DNA of 64,000 nt from the human T2T-CHM13v2.0 reference genome, Homo sapiens. Below are positions 27,648-41,633 of the stretch, in pieces. The first letter of the stretch is position 1. Each line of letters starts with the position of its first letter. The notes under the pieces were generated by a model. The model was not told the DNA's origin and did no database searches. It saw only the letters and a list, made by a program, of their open reading frames with translations. The DNA lies in assembly GCF_009914755.1 (NCBI RefSeq), contig NC_060940.1, one strand, 5' to 3'. A program made the position numbers and the translations under genes.

Positions 27648-29667
27648 CTCCTTTACAGATGAGAAAATTTCCTTCAACCCCTCTGTGTCCTGTCTCGAGG
27701 GGAGCAGTATTGGGCCTCTTCTCTGAGGCTGATGTAACTGCTGATTCCTCTCACACCTCCTGTGGGCATCTCCTCTGCTCTCTTGCATCTTCATTCATTC
27801 TGTGTTTCTTTCTTCACCACTGTGCTTTCTTTCCTCTGACCCCTTCTTCCTCAAGGTCAGCCCCATTCCTTGTCTCCCATTTAACTGAAGAACTTCTTTC
27901 CATAGCTCTCCTTTTCTTCTATGCCAGAGTCCTCACTGTCCATGTAATCGCCTAGCACACACCAAAAGCTGCTCTTTCTAAATTCAGCCGTCATCTGTTC
28001 ATGGTCAAGCCTAGCAGCCTCCGTGATTTTGGAGGAGACCTCTGCCTTGTGTAACGTGGCTGTGCACTGTTCCTTTTTGGAATTCTCCTCTCTGTGCTTC
28101 TGGTTTTTCTTCTACGCTGACTAAACTTTCTGTGGCCTTTGCTGAAACTCATCAGATGGTTACGTTCCTCCCTTTTCCCTTTTCCCTCTTCCCATAATCT
28201 GGGTTGTGCCATTGTCTCCATGTCTTGCAGCTACTCTTGTATATGAGTGATTGTGACATTTGTCTCCCTCCTGAATGCAATTCCTCATGTCCCCTAGAAA
28301 TCTCTGCTTCACGTCCAGCAGGCTCCTCAACGTCAACAGGTCTACTCTAGCACTGGTACCCCAAAATGCCTTTTTAAAAGCCTTTGCCCACTTGGTAATG
28401 GCAACACCAGAAGTCAAGAGATCTTATTACCCCCCTCCTTTACGCTGATCTTCAGTTCTTTCCCATACACTGCTCTTCTGCCTTTTGTAACTGTCTCTTG
28501 AATTGATTACATTATTTTTGTCACCACCATTTTTGTGTTGTCCTTCTCTGAGTTTCTGGCCACGGATTGGCACCCTCACAGGCTTCATGCATGAAATGAC
28601 AGATGCAAGTACACCACACGCACAAACACAGAGAGTTGTCCCGAAGCAGGGTATATGGATGTCAGTCAAATCATGTATGATGGTTCTTACACGGTCCCAG
28701 TCATACAGAAACATATGGCAGAACACACAAACTCATTAGCACAGACTCGATCAAAGGTGGGTACAGCCACAAATATAGAAGTAGACACTTGGCCACAAAC
28801 ACATACTTATAGATATACACATAAATCACAGGCAAAGATAGAAGCAGAGCCACAGGCCCAGAAACGCAGAGCCATGGATAAATATTCACTGAAGTTTCTC
28901 CTAATGTCAGACAAAAACTTAAGCATCAGAAGAAGCAGGATGTCCTGACTTCAGTCGTTCCTTTAAGATGCCCACCGTGACGGGCCCAGAGAGTCGACAT
29001 GCACATGGTGACTTCTCTACAATCAATACCTCCAGCAGCCCCCCAACCCTGTCCCTTCCAGGTACTGTTTTTCCCGAATCAGAGCCTCCTGCTTCTTTTC
29101 TTGGGCACTTTAGATCCACGGATTAACACAATTGTGCCACTTGCCATACTTCTGGGATGCGCCGTAATAATCAAGGAAATGGATGGGCAGCTGTGGAGTT
29201 GATGAGCTGGTGAGCTGGGAGGACACCAGAGGTAGGATGGGGATGGGATTCAGGGAGCTGACCACTCTGGACACCCGTGAGGACAGAAATATCACCCATT
29301 TGTGGGTATGAAAACACAAGAAAGCAATTCATGACACTCTATGCAAGGTTCATTATTGATGACACGGTGTGCTTTGTCATTACTTTGGACACATTTAGAC
29401 ATACATTGTCATCATGAACTGAGGCCTATGTTTGCTCTAGGATGAAGCCCATTCACCAGTCCTTTACATCTGCACAAAGTTTACGTCTTTTTAAAGTGTT
29501 TCTCTAGACCAGCTCTCATCTGAGGCTCAAGATATTTTTTTAATAATGAATGATATTCAGATATTACAAATATATTTTACGTATTTCCTATTTTTGCCAC
29601 CCTTAACAAACCAACAGAATCTTCATAGATGTTAAATATCAGTTTTGTGTAAATACAACGCGCTCTA

Positions 29668-29974
<307 letters not shown>

Positions 29975-30874
29975 AATGCTGTTTCTTTGTTTAGTGTTGG
30001 GTTCGTTTTGGGTGGTTGGCTTTTTTGTTCGTTTTGTTATATTATTCTTGCTTTTTCTTCTGTCTTATACAGAATCTAGTTTTCTTTGCCTGTATATTGA
30101 GTCCTTTTCACTTCCTAGAGACTAAAGTGTCTCTTACTTAGTCTCTTTCATTGAGATTTTAATATTCTTCTGTGATCACTATAGTGTATACAAAATAGAA
30201 TGCATTGAATATGATATTCTATATTTTCCTACATAGCTTGTCTTAAATATTCTCTCTGCTAGCTAGGTAAATTGGAGCAGTTTGCATGCAACCTCTCTGA
30301 ACTTTCTTCATTGATTAAGGAGGGATAAGATTTACTTTGGAGGTCTGTTGGAAATATTTGAGGGGGCTCATGCCAAGTGCCCAGCACATTGACCAGCATA
30401 CGCTTGCTGTATCATTATTATAGTAGTTTAGAGTAGTGATGGTGAGGGCATTGGAGTGATGATGATAGTGGTCGGAACATGGTCTTCACAGTTGCCTTAT
30501 TGGTCATAGCCTAGGAGTATTGCCTACTAACAAACCCAAATGTAACTTTGTCCCTGCTATGGAACATTTAGGATGTTTTCCATTTTTGCCCCTTATAAAT
30601 CATGTCTCACTAAACGTCTTCCTTCATACAGTTTTATTCTTCTTTTGAATGTAACGTTTGGATGGGTTCCTAGCAGTAAAATTTCTGAGTGAAGGGATAT
30701 GTGCATTCATAAAGCTCTCGATAAATGAATATTGCCTGATTACTTTTCACAAGGGTGCTATGAATTTATACTCCCACCCAAATCAAGAGAATGGCTATTT
30801 ATAGATGCTTTCAGAGCCTTAGCTTATCTTGTTTCCTGTTTGAACTTTATTACATAAATTTTCCTTTAAAACTG

Positions 30875-30875
<1 letters not shown>

Positions 30876-30908
<33 letters not shown>
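30876..30908. repeat. (CA)16 microsatellite
   Basis: Perfect CA run. Confidence 0.97.
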
Positions 30909-30910
<2 letters not shown>

Positions 30911-32190
30911 TTATGGGGCCTTGGGGCCAAAGATGGAATGAAACTATCATTTATCACATGATTTTGATAGGAAGCTGTTGTTAGGATTGAGATGCTTGCT
31001 TCTGATGATGCAGAAGACAGTTTTAATTAGTATGTGGCATTAAATAAGATCAGTTTGCATATTGGAAATGATATTCTTTTTCAATTATCTTTCAGTCCTC
31101 TGATCAGATCAAAGAGGAAGTCTCAGCTTGGTGCTAACACGCCTTTAACACCGCTCTGGCCCCTTTTTACCTGTAAGATGAAGAGCTTTCCATAGGCAAC
31201 AGTTTCTAGCTCAAATTTAATGGTGTCATTAGGTCTCCAGCATGTTTATTTTTATGTTTTCCTTCTTTTATGTGAAGTGATACTAATGTTTTATTTAAAA
31301 TGATACAAAGTTTTCATTTTGAACACATTTAATTAAAAATATGAGTTACGCATAGAGCAAACACCCTGACAGTGTCACTCCAATAACTGAACTTGTGACA
31401 TGCTACTTGGAGAGTGCATTCCAACAGTTGCCCCACTGATCATATAATAACAACACGTTTCCCTTGACAATACACTGAATACAAGTCTCCATAATGCCTG
31501 ACATAGTTTGGGACTTTGTGATTGTCCCTTTATCCCTATTCATTTGTGAGTGTAAGGACCTTGCAGTGGCTCATGAAGAGAGTTGCTTTTTATTTTTTAT
31601 TTTTAAAATTTTTTTTGAAGACTCTTAACAAAGTATAACCATTTTGAAAATGCCTATCTATTACCCTAGATAAAAATTACCTAGTATCGGAAGAGTATCT
31701 AAAAAGATATTCAAGGGGTACAAGTGCAGGCTTCTTACATGCACACACTGTGTAGTGGGAAGTGTGGCCTTTTAGTGAACCCATCACCCAAAGAGTGAAC
31801 GTTGTACCCAACAGGTGATTTTTCAGCTCTCACCCTCCTCCCACCCTCCCACTTTCCGAAGTCCCCACTGTCTCTTATTCCACTCTGTATGTTCACAAGT
31901 ACCCATTGTTGAGCTCCCACCAAAAAGTGAAAATATGCGGCATTTTTCTGTTTGAGTTATTTCCTTTGGATCATGTCTTCCGGCTTCATCCATGTGGCTG
32001 CAAAAGACATGATTTTATTCTTTTTTTAGGCTTGAGTAGTATTTTATGGCATGTGCGTGTGTGTGTATGAGTATGTGTGTGTGTATATATGTTTTTGTGT
32101 GTGTACACATCTTTATAGATATGTTTATATATACGTATAGATATATTTACATATATGTATAGATACAAATATATATATATATATCCCACA

Positions 32191-32491
32191 TTTTCTTTTT
32201 TTCTTTTTTGAGACTGATTTTCACTCTTGTTGCCCAGGCTGGAGTGCAATGGCGCGATCTCGGCTCACTGCAACCTCTGACTCTTGGGTTCAAGTGATTC
32301 TCCTGCCTCAGCCTCATGAATAGCTGGGATTACAGGCATGCACCACCATGCCCGGCTAATTTTGTATTTTTAGTAGAGACGAGGTTTCTCCATGTTGGTC
32401 AGGCTGGTCTCAAACTCCCAACCTCAGGTTATCCACCCTCCTCAGCCTCCCAAAGGGCTGGGATTACAGGCGTGAGCCACTGCATCTGGCC
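32191..32491 (-). mobile_element. AluSp
   Basis: tttctccatgttggtcagg diagnostic; TSD CCACATTTT. Confidence 0.93.
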
Positions 32492-32951
32492 CCACATTTT
32501 TTTTTATCCTGTCTTCTGTTGATGGACACTTAGGTTCATTCTATGTCTTTGCTATTGTGAATAGTGCTATGATAAACACACAAGTGCAGGTATTGTTTTG
32601 ATATAACGACTCCTTTTCCTTTGTGTATATACCTGGTAGTGGGATTGCTAGGTTGAATGGTAGTTCTGTTTTCAGTTCTTTGAGAAATCATCATACTGTT
32701 TTTCATAGAGTTTGCACTAATTTACACTCCCACCAACAGTATATAAGCATTCTTTTTTCTCTTCAGCCTCACCAATATTTGTTGTTGAAGACTTTTTAAT
32801 CATAGCCATTCTGACTGGTATAAGATGATATCGCATTGTCGTTTCAATTTGCATTTCTCTGATGATTAGTGATATTGAGCATTTTTCATATGTCTGTTGG
32901 CCCGTCGTACGTGTCCTTTTGAAGAATGTCTGTTCATGTTGTTTGCCCCAC

Positions 32952-33258
32952 TTTCTTTTGTTTGTTTGTTTGTTCTGAGCTGGAGTCTCGTTCTGTCACC
33001 CAGGATGGAGTTTAGTGGTGTAATCTTGGCTCACTGCACTGTCCGCCTCCTGGGTTCAAGCAATTCTCCTGCCTCAGCCTCCCTAGTAGCTGGGATTACA
33101 GGTACCTGCCACCATGCCTGGCTAATTTTTGTGTTTTTAGTTGAGACCTGGTTTCACCATGTTGGCCAGGCTGGTCTCGAACTCCTGACCTCAGGAGATC
33201 GGCCTGCCCTGGCCTCCCAAAGTGCTGGGATTATAGGTGTGAGCCACCGCACCCGGCC
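32952..33258 (-). mobile_element. AluSx-like
   Basis: (TTTG)n tail; TSD CCCACTTT. Confidence 0.93.
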
Positions 33259-34297
33259 TACCCACTTTTAATTGGGTCATTTTTGTTGTTTGAGTTCCTT
33301 GTAAATTCTGGATAATAGTCCTTTGTTGAATACATACTTTACAAATATTTTTCCCATTCTCTAGGTTATCTGCTTACTCTGTTGATTGCTTATTTTGCTG
33401 TGCAGAAGCTTTTAAGTTTAATTAAATTTGAATTGTCCATTTTTTTTTTTTTTTGGTCATGTTTGCTTTTGAGGACTAGGCCATAAATCCTTTGCCGAGG
33501 CCAATATCTGGAAGAGTTTTTCCTAGGGTTTCTTCTAGAATTTTTATAGTTGCAGGTCTTATGTTTAGGTCTTTAATCCATCTTGAGTTAATTTTTGTAT
33601 ATGGTGAAAGCTGTGGGTCCAATTTCACTCTTAGGTATATGATTATCCAATTTTCCATATGGGTGTTTAGGCCAACACCATTTATTGAATAGAGCGTCAT
33701 TTCCCTATCATATATTTTTGCCGACTTTCTTGAAGATCAGTTGGTTGTAGGTATGTGGCTTTAGTTCTGGATTCTCTGTTCTGTTCCATTAATCTAGATT
33801 TATACCAGTACCATCCTGTTTTGGTTACTATAGCTTTGTAGTATAATTTGAAGTCAGGCAATATGATGCATCTAACTTAGTTCTTTTCACTTAGGATTTG
33901 TTATAAAACCAATTCTTTATTGGCTGTAAATCAAATAAAATTTTATATCTAAGCAAGTCCTCCAGATTCCTGACCAGGTGAGTAATCCAGTAGCTTGGCA
34001 GATTAAGAACAGCAATATGCAAGCAATGAGGGATGAGTAAATCAAGACTGTCATTGTGAATAGAATGATTTGGAAGTTGGGTGTTCAAATAGCTTAATGA
34101 TAGTTATAGTGAATAACAATGTCAGCTTTAGTATTATTCTAGTAATGTACTTGGTAATGCTAATAGGGTTTGATGGAATACAGTGAACACTTTCCAAACA
34201 GCTGTATGCTTTCCCAACAAAGGAACTCTATCTCGGAGCAGACTGATACATCATTTCAATGGGAGATTTTAATCAATCCTTTTGTTTTCCCTTTTAG

Positions 34298-34414
34298 GAT
34301 ATATTTAAATTTGCAAGAACTTCTCCTGTCCCAAGACAAAAGAGGTCCATTGTGGTATCTCCCATTTTAATTCCAGAGAATCAGAGACAGCCTTTCCCAA
34401 GAGATGTTGGCAAG
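34298..34414 (+). CDS. CDH13: Cadherin-13 (T-cadherin) internal coding exon (exon 4 in usual numbering): propeptide end, RQKR cleavage site, N-terminus of EC1
   Basis: Pyrimidine tract plus TAG acceptor ending at 34297; 117 nt = 39 codons [39 protein letters not shown]; donor AAG|GTAAGT at 34415-34420; phase 0/0. Peptide matches remembered human CDH13. Confidence 0.97.
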
Positions 34415-35043
34415 GTAAGTCAGACAAACAGCAAATGACAAAAACATGTTTTTATGAAAAGATGAGCACAGCAGACTGAGTATGACTGTCTTGGTGACCA
34501 GCTGGAATTAGTCTTCATCTGTCTATGATAAGAGACCAAATGGTTTAGTCATGAAAAGAATGTTGGAAGATCATTCATATGCAAAAGAGGAAATTGGAAA
34601 AAACCAATAGCAGCTTTGAATATTACGGGATCAACATGGTAGATGATGTTGAAATTACGCAGGAAGATGTCAATGGTTAAGAAACAAGGCTCATTGCTTT
34701 TATAGATTATATTCAGGTGATCACCAGATAGGGCCCCCTAGGATGGTAGTATGTTGACATGTGGCCTTCACTGAGATCCTGTTTTTCAAATATTTAGGTC
34801 TACGCGTACCACTGGGTCGGTTTTCCAAAAACTAAACCAGATCAAGGGAATAAAATCATACTAATCATATCCAGAATCGGATATGGAAAACACTGTCCCA
34901 TGAATCAGAACAATAGCTTTTCCAGGAAGAAATAGTCACTGTTAAATGTGCCAAAATACGGATACTGCCTCATCAGTACATTCTCCCCTCTTTAAGAGAG
35001 TCAACATGGAGAATCAAATTTTGAGCAGTTTGTACTTTTTGGT

Positions 35044-35618
35044 TGTTAGAAACAAGTGCTCAGTGCCGCAAAGGAGAACCAGCACTCAGGAAAAGAGTTT
35101 TCTCAGCAAGGCAATTTACTTCTGCGGAAGGGTGCTGCTTGCACTTCTGGCCACTGGGAGAGCACACCAAACAAAAGAGGGAAGGGGTTTTTATCCCTCA
35201 CGTGGTTAGTCCCTGCTTCTGTGTCCTGTCCCCATTGGCTGGAGTTGGATTGCACAATCTAAGCTGACCTGATTGGCTACTGTTTAAAATTGAATATGGC
35301 TAATTAGGCAGGAAGGGAGAGGCTGTCTGTTATGGTACAAGGCATGTTTGGGCATGTCAGGGCACGGCAAAGGCGGGAAGGGTAGTTTCATTGGGAAGAG
35401 CTGTTTTGGCTGGAGGGGCAGTTTACAGAATGGGTAGCCAGGATTAAAGAGGACTCTTTCCAAATAAGAAAGAGATGTGAGTCACAGATTGGGACTAATG
35501 GGAGAAGTTGTTTATAGAGCAGGTAGCTTAGGAGAAGGGACAAGGAAGTTGATCTCGAGAACAAAGAACAAGGGAGTCAGAAATTAAACGTTTGAAAAGG
35601 AACTTACTGTATCAGACA
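35044..35618 (-). mobile_element. LTR10-family (ERV1) solo LTR
   Basis: TG...CA ends, exact 5-bp TSD TTGGT (35039-35043 and 35619-35623), tctcagcaaggcaatttacttctgc signature, 575 bp. Confidence 0.85.
35340..35359. promoter_or_regulatory. p53-family response element within LTR10
   Basis: AGGCATGTTT GGGCATGTCA: 19/20 match to RRRCWWGYYY x2, zero spacer, both cores CATG. Confidence 0.8.
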
Positions 35619-35689
35619 TTGGTGAGCCTGGAATTCGAAAAATGGTGGTTGGTTAAATGAATGATCTTAATGGCAGTTGCTGTTGAACT

Positions 35690-36348
35690 ACTAATTCATT
35701 AAATACACAGTACATGTGATATGCTGGACTCCAAGCTTTGGACTGGGTGTGAAGAAGCAGATAATAAAGCTAACATGCTAGTGGGAAGACAGAAACAAGA
35801 ACATTGCAGAGTATGACAAATGCTGTGAAAATCAGCAATGGGATGATGTGAAAAAAAGAGCAAATGGCAGGATGAAGGAGTAGAGGGAGGAGGGAATCTT
35901 CACGCAGATGGCTGTGATGGCTGGTTGGAGGTACTGATATTTGAGGGGAGACTGGAAGGGTGAGAAAGGAACAGTTACAGGTATATCTGGTTGAACAGCA
36001 TCTTTGGCAGAGGTGAGTCTACATTGCAAAGGCCTGAAGATGGGAAAGAATAGCATGTAGTAGAGTCGCAACATGCCTGGGTTGCATGAGAGTAAGCAAG
36101 GATGACAGTGGTAAAAGTGAAATCAGAGAGGCCAGCCTGCCCTTGGATGAGGAGTTGGGGTTTCATCGTGCATGCAGCAGGGGACCACTGGAAGATTTCC
36201 CCAGAAGACTGCATGTTTTGAAAGATCATCCTGGCTGCCTTGTAGAGAATGATTAGTGGTAGCAGAGCAGTAGAGAGGAGTGGAAGCAAAGAGACCCACT
36301 AAGAGGGGAGTTTGGTGGTGATCTGAACAAAGGTGACTTGGACTATTG
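35690..36348 (-). mobile_element. L2 remnant
   Basis: gcaaaggcctgaagatggg...ttgaaagatcatcctggctgccttgtagagaatg. Confidence 0.65.
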
Positions 36349-36360
36349 AAAATTGATCTT

Positions 36361-36690
<330 letters not shown>

Positions 36691-37004
36691 CTAATCCAAT
36701 ATCCTGGTAATCATTATATTTATCATTTTAAACTCCCACTGTGCCAAAGATACCTTTCTCTAAGCAAAAATCTTTTTAAGAGTCTGGGACATGATACAAA
36801 GGGAAGCAGAGCTGCTCTAAAGGGATAGCCCTGTCCCCTTGGGCAGCCCTAGCCACTGTGATGATCCTTTTCTAGACAGGTTTCCTGGGAGCCCAAGATG
36901 CCAGATGCCAAGGGACCTGACTCCCCACTTCTTCAAAACTCTTCCCAAACAGTTTCTGAGACTCAAGATGCATTCTCGTTTTTCAGTTTTCTTTTAGATA
37001 ATCC

Positions 37005-37370
37005 TGGGCTTCTCAGCTCTCACCATGCATCAGAATCAGCAGAGACACTTAAAATGCAGATGTCAGGGCTCCACCCTCAGAGATTGATTCCACTGGGGTG
37101 GGGGTGAGGACCATGCATCAATATATGTTAAAATATCCGAGGTGATTCAGATATGCAGCCGAGGTGGAGGACTGCCGGTCTTAAGCAGTCCTCCAAGAGT
37201 GGTTGTGGACCAGCTACATTAGCATCGCCTGGGAGCTTGCTAGAAATGCATATTTTCATGTCCCACCCCAAAACCACTGAGCCAAAAACTCTGGGGTTAA
37301 AGCCAGGAATCTGCGTTTTTACACAGCTTCTAGGTGATTGTGATGCACACTCAAATTTACAGAGGGCTGA
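37005..37370. mobile_element. Two adjacent MER5-type (hAT-Charlie) elements
   Basis: catcagaatca...aaaatgcagat...ggtgattc and gcatcgcctgggagcttgctagaaatgc...ggtgattgtgatgcacactcaaa. Confidence 0.75.
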
Positions 37371-37437
37371 CCTGAAATGCACTTTCTCCTCCTGTCCACC
37401 ACTAGTACACAATACTTTCAGTTGCAATTCCATTAAT

Positions 37438-37548
37438 TAGGTTATAATAAGGACAATCACATTTCAGTTGCCTGGAAAATCCCAGTTTACACCTGTCGTC
37501 CAAATCTGTCATGTCCAGATTTAGACAATAAATTATGTAGCCATCCTA
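37438..37548 (-). mobile_element. MER94-like (hAT-Blackjack) with an internal deletion
   Basis: cccagtttacacctgtcgtcc...tttagacaataaattatgtagccatccta. Confidence 0.55.
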
Positions 37549-38259
37549 TAGTTTTCTTCAATTACACACAATTTCCTCCGGGGTATATTTGGGTGAATTT
37601 TCTCACAAGCCTCTTTTCTTGAGCTATTCAATGGGTCCATAAGCATGCAGCTAATTGGGAACATTCTTCTGCATTGTTTTTTTACTTATTACAGCTTCAA
37701 AAAGCAATTTGGTTTGCAAGCTGAGGACTCACTTCTTCTTAGCCCCTTATGTGTTGCCCATACTTGTTCTCAACTTAGATTCTCTACAAAGCAACTGCTT
37801 TTCTAAGTGTGGTAGGCTACTAACTAGACAATGCGCAAGAGCCTTCAAAACCTCTAGATGTTTTTTGTAGAATTACTGCACTGCTTTGCAAAAACTATTT
37901 ATTTGTCCCTGCTTTTTATGCCTTTGAAGGTACGTATTTTCCTTTTTGTTCCTGCTTGTTTCTATTTATCTGTCTTACTCTTTATATCTCCTGTCTTATC
38001 CTCATCAACTCCACCACAGCTGACGAGCTGTGCTCTGCAGAGCTGTGGAAGAGGACGTAGGTGTTTTCAGTGAGTGCTGGGGAGGCAGGGAGAAGGGAAG
38101 GAAGACCACAGAGGCAGAGCTCTGGCCTCCAAACACCACCACGCTCCCAAAAAATGTCTAAGTCAGGACACCTCTAATTTTATAAATATTACGTATTAGA
38201 GTTCGATATAGAATGCCATTTGAAGAAGAGATTCTGCAGCTCTAAAAGTATAAAGACGT

Positions 38260-38745
38260 TTGTCTTTGGCTTCCCCTAGAAGTGGACCGCAAGACAAGAA
38301 TTCAAATGAAGGCAGTTCATTTCAGAGGTGGAGGAAATATTTGTAATAAAGTAAGGGAGAGACGTGGAGAAGGGAAGGCAGCTAGGAGAGAAGCTTGTTT
38401 ATGAAGCCAGCTACCCCTGTGGGTGACTGGATTGTAATGTCAGGGGCTAACTTTAACATGGTGTGGAACACACTGTCAGCGTTACACCACCCCCAGGGGA
38501 TGGCACTGGGATACTTTGACACCAGCTGGGGTATTTCTACTCCCAGCAGTCACTGGTGGAGGGCCGCTTCCAGGGGTGTAAATTCCCTGGCATATCTGGT
38601 CTGCCCTGCACTCTGTGCACTGACGCGACAGCCTGCTGAGGTTTGGAGGAGAACCTTAGACAAAAAGGATTCTGTACAGCAGCCACCAGTCTGCTGGTCT
38701 GCACTGAAAAGCTGACACATAGAGGATGTGGACAGGGCACTGATC
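38260..38745 (-). mobile_element. ERVL LTR33-like
   Basis: cttcccctagaagtggaccgcaagacaagaattcaaatg...aagccagctacccctgtgggtgactgga. Confidence 0.6.
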
Positions 38746-39079
38746 CCTTCTGCTTCATCACCAAAACTAATATATCTATATTATTTTTTGCATACTTCAT
38801 TTCATCCTCTGCTTTTACCTCATTTCCTGAACTAGCATTCTCATGTCCTGGGCTTTTGAAACCCCCTGTACTTGCCTCTCTCTCTCCATTAATAAGTAGT
38901 TCCTGCATCCCAGGAGGGAAAACCTCTGAAATTCAACCTAATTCATATCAACAAGCATATATTCAGCATCTGTTTTTATAAGGAACTGTGCTAGGGGCTG
39001 GGAATTTAATGGAGGAGAAAACAGACAGAATCATTGATCTTGCGGGATTACAAAAGAGGTGACAATATCAGCACATAGT

Positions 39080-39290
39080 CATTATTTGTCCAGCACTGTG
39101 CTAAGCACTTTTCATCTATTATGTTGAATTCTTATGATAACAACCACATGAGGATCATTTTCCAGCATGCCAATGAAGGTAATGAGACTCAGGGGTGACG
39201 TAACCTGTCCAAAGCCACACAGCTAGTTCATAACAGAGCCAAGCTTTGTTACTGCTTTTTGAGATTTCAAAGTCTGTGCTCTTAACCAGT
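39080..39290 (-). mobile_element. MIR
   Basis: cactgtgctaagcacttt...gagactcagg...ccaaagccacacagctagt. Confidence 0.7.
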
Positions 39291-40095
39291 ATCCTCAGGA
39301 AATACTAAGCCCAATCTGAGAATACTCTTCCGTGGAATGAAATATCTTCACTGACAATTTCTCTTTTTAAAACAGCATTAAAATTGAGTGCAATTCTTGG
39401 CAATGCACTCAAAAATAAGGTGGACAGAGGGTTGGATCAATAGATCGATATCTGATATGTGATAAAGGAAGTATATTAAAATGTTAGTGGTAGAATATAA
39501 GTTGGTGAACATATGGGTACTTGGTGTACAATTCTTTCGAGTTTTCTCTGCATTTGGAAGTTTTGTAATAAAATGTTGGGAAAAATTAAGTTTAACTAAA
39601 TATAAAATTATCATAAAAGACACAGGAGTTAGCATGCTGGCACAAAAACGCCTTTTAAATCATTTGTCTTGCATTTCAAGAGGGTGAATGGAGACAAAGT
39701 ACGTAACTGGTTCTTGATTTTTTTGGTCATATTTTATTACAACCTGAATTCCTGTAAAGAAAGGAGACTCATATCCTGAAGAATGAAGACATCAAAAGCA
39801 AGGTGCTGTGGCAAGTTAGCCCTTGGTGGAGGGTTTTTCACAACTGGATATCCTGCTGTGTAGAACTGAATACCCACAGCAGGGTTATTCAGGCAGCTCC
39901 AGGGATGAGAGAAAGTGTCTTGACTGATACATAATTTATCTGTCTGCCAAGTAATTAGTTGGTTGGTAAGTAGCTAAACTACTAGAATTTGGGATCTGCT
40001 TTTCCGTAATACGAGGGAATCATATTACAACCCTGAGATTCCAAATCACTGCTACTCACTTAGATAGCAGGTGGGGAGTATAAGGGGGTGTATGA

Positions 40096-40110
40096 CCCCC
40101 CCCCCCCCCC
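40096..40110. repeat. C15 homopolymer
   Basis: Read directly. Confidence 0.95.
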
Positions 40111-41330
40111 GCCGCCCACAGACACACACAGGAGACAACCCGAGAGATCACTGCCAGCCCTGGGAAAATGAGTTTGCCTCCTAATTTCTGGCTCTTTTCC
40201 ATGGTGCATTCTGCCCTAGACTATCTGTCATAGTTTTGGAAGACAAGGTAAAACACCCAGTCGTGAACATACTTGCTCATACCTGTGATTTTCTTTCCAT
40301 TTTTGAACTCTAGACAGCAGGGAGGAGCTGACAATGAGTGCTCTGGAGAGGAACATGCAGATCCCAAAGTGGCTTTTTCCCCTCCCCCTTCAAAGTATGA
40401 CTATTTCAAAATTTGGGCCATAAATAATTTCTCAGTTTTACCAACTTTCACTGATAACTAATTGATTGCATCTTTAAAGATTTTTGAGTTCTTGGGCCCG
40501 ATTGATTGAGAGCAGGGGACTTTAAATCTGTAAGCCAGCAGGGAGGTCTTTGGGAGATGTATTTTATTCTGTTTTATATTAAGTTTGAAAGACAAGTCAT
40601 TTATGAAATGCTTATTAGAGATTCTGCTTTCATCACAAACCCTTTTCATCAAAACCAATGAAAGTACTTTTTTACAGAAAATCCTGTTTTAAAGACCCTA
40701 TAAATTGGTAGAATGGGCATTTAGAAGGCCATCTTTAACCCAGGATAGAAGAAATATGTAACTGGGCCAAGTGCTGTTTGTAAAGGGAATCAACATTGAT
40801 CATTAGACTAAATCATGAAAACCACTCAACCAGGACTCCGCTTTGATTGTGTCATGAACGTAAGTCAGACATGACGGTAATTTACATCAGCTTTGCCATG
40901 TTCCTCAGTGTTCTGTGCATCTGATTCTTAGAGGTCTCACTGCATCCAGATACTCTGTACCTGAGATTTATGCCCACCTATGCGAATAGGTGCCAAGGAG
41001 TCTGATAGTCTTGGAATTTAATTTGTTTTATTCTATTTAATAGCCATTTGCCTCACTTTGAAGACCCACGAAGACCAAGCTATATCCTTAGAGGCTGAAC
41101 CAGAAAGCTGGTACTGAAGCCCCAGCACCTCTCCATCACCCCTCTCCTGAAATGCAGACTCAGGGTTACTTGCTGTTGCCTGATTGATTTTATGATCAGG
41201 CACTTACTGGGTTGTCTAGGGTAACCCAGTAATTGCTGTCATCCCTCTACCTCTTTTAAAATCTATTGTTTTGTGCCCTTTATCTATGTCTAACTATATA
41301 CACTTTTCTCAGAAATTTACATCTGCTTAA

Positions 41331-41633
<303 letters not shown>

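Larger units (their letters stand above)
31708..33905 (-). mobile_element. L1PB-type 3' fragment (about 1.5 kb of L1) interrupted by two Alus and a TG/TA microsatellite
   Basis: caaggggtacaagtgcagg...acccatcaccca 3' UTR; ORF2-like remnant on the minus strand (33476-33700 ORF: ...[16 protein letters not shown]). Confidence 0.88.
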
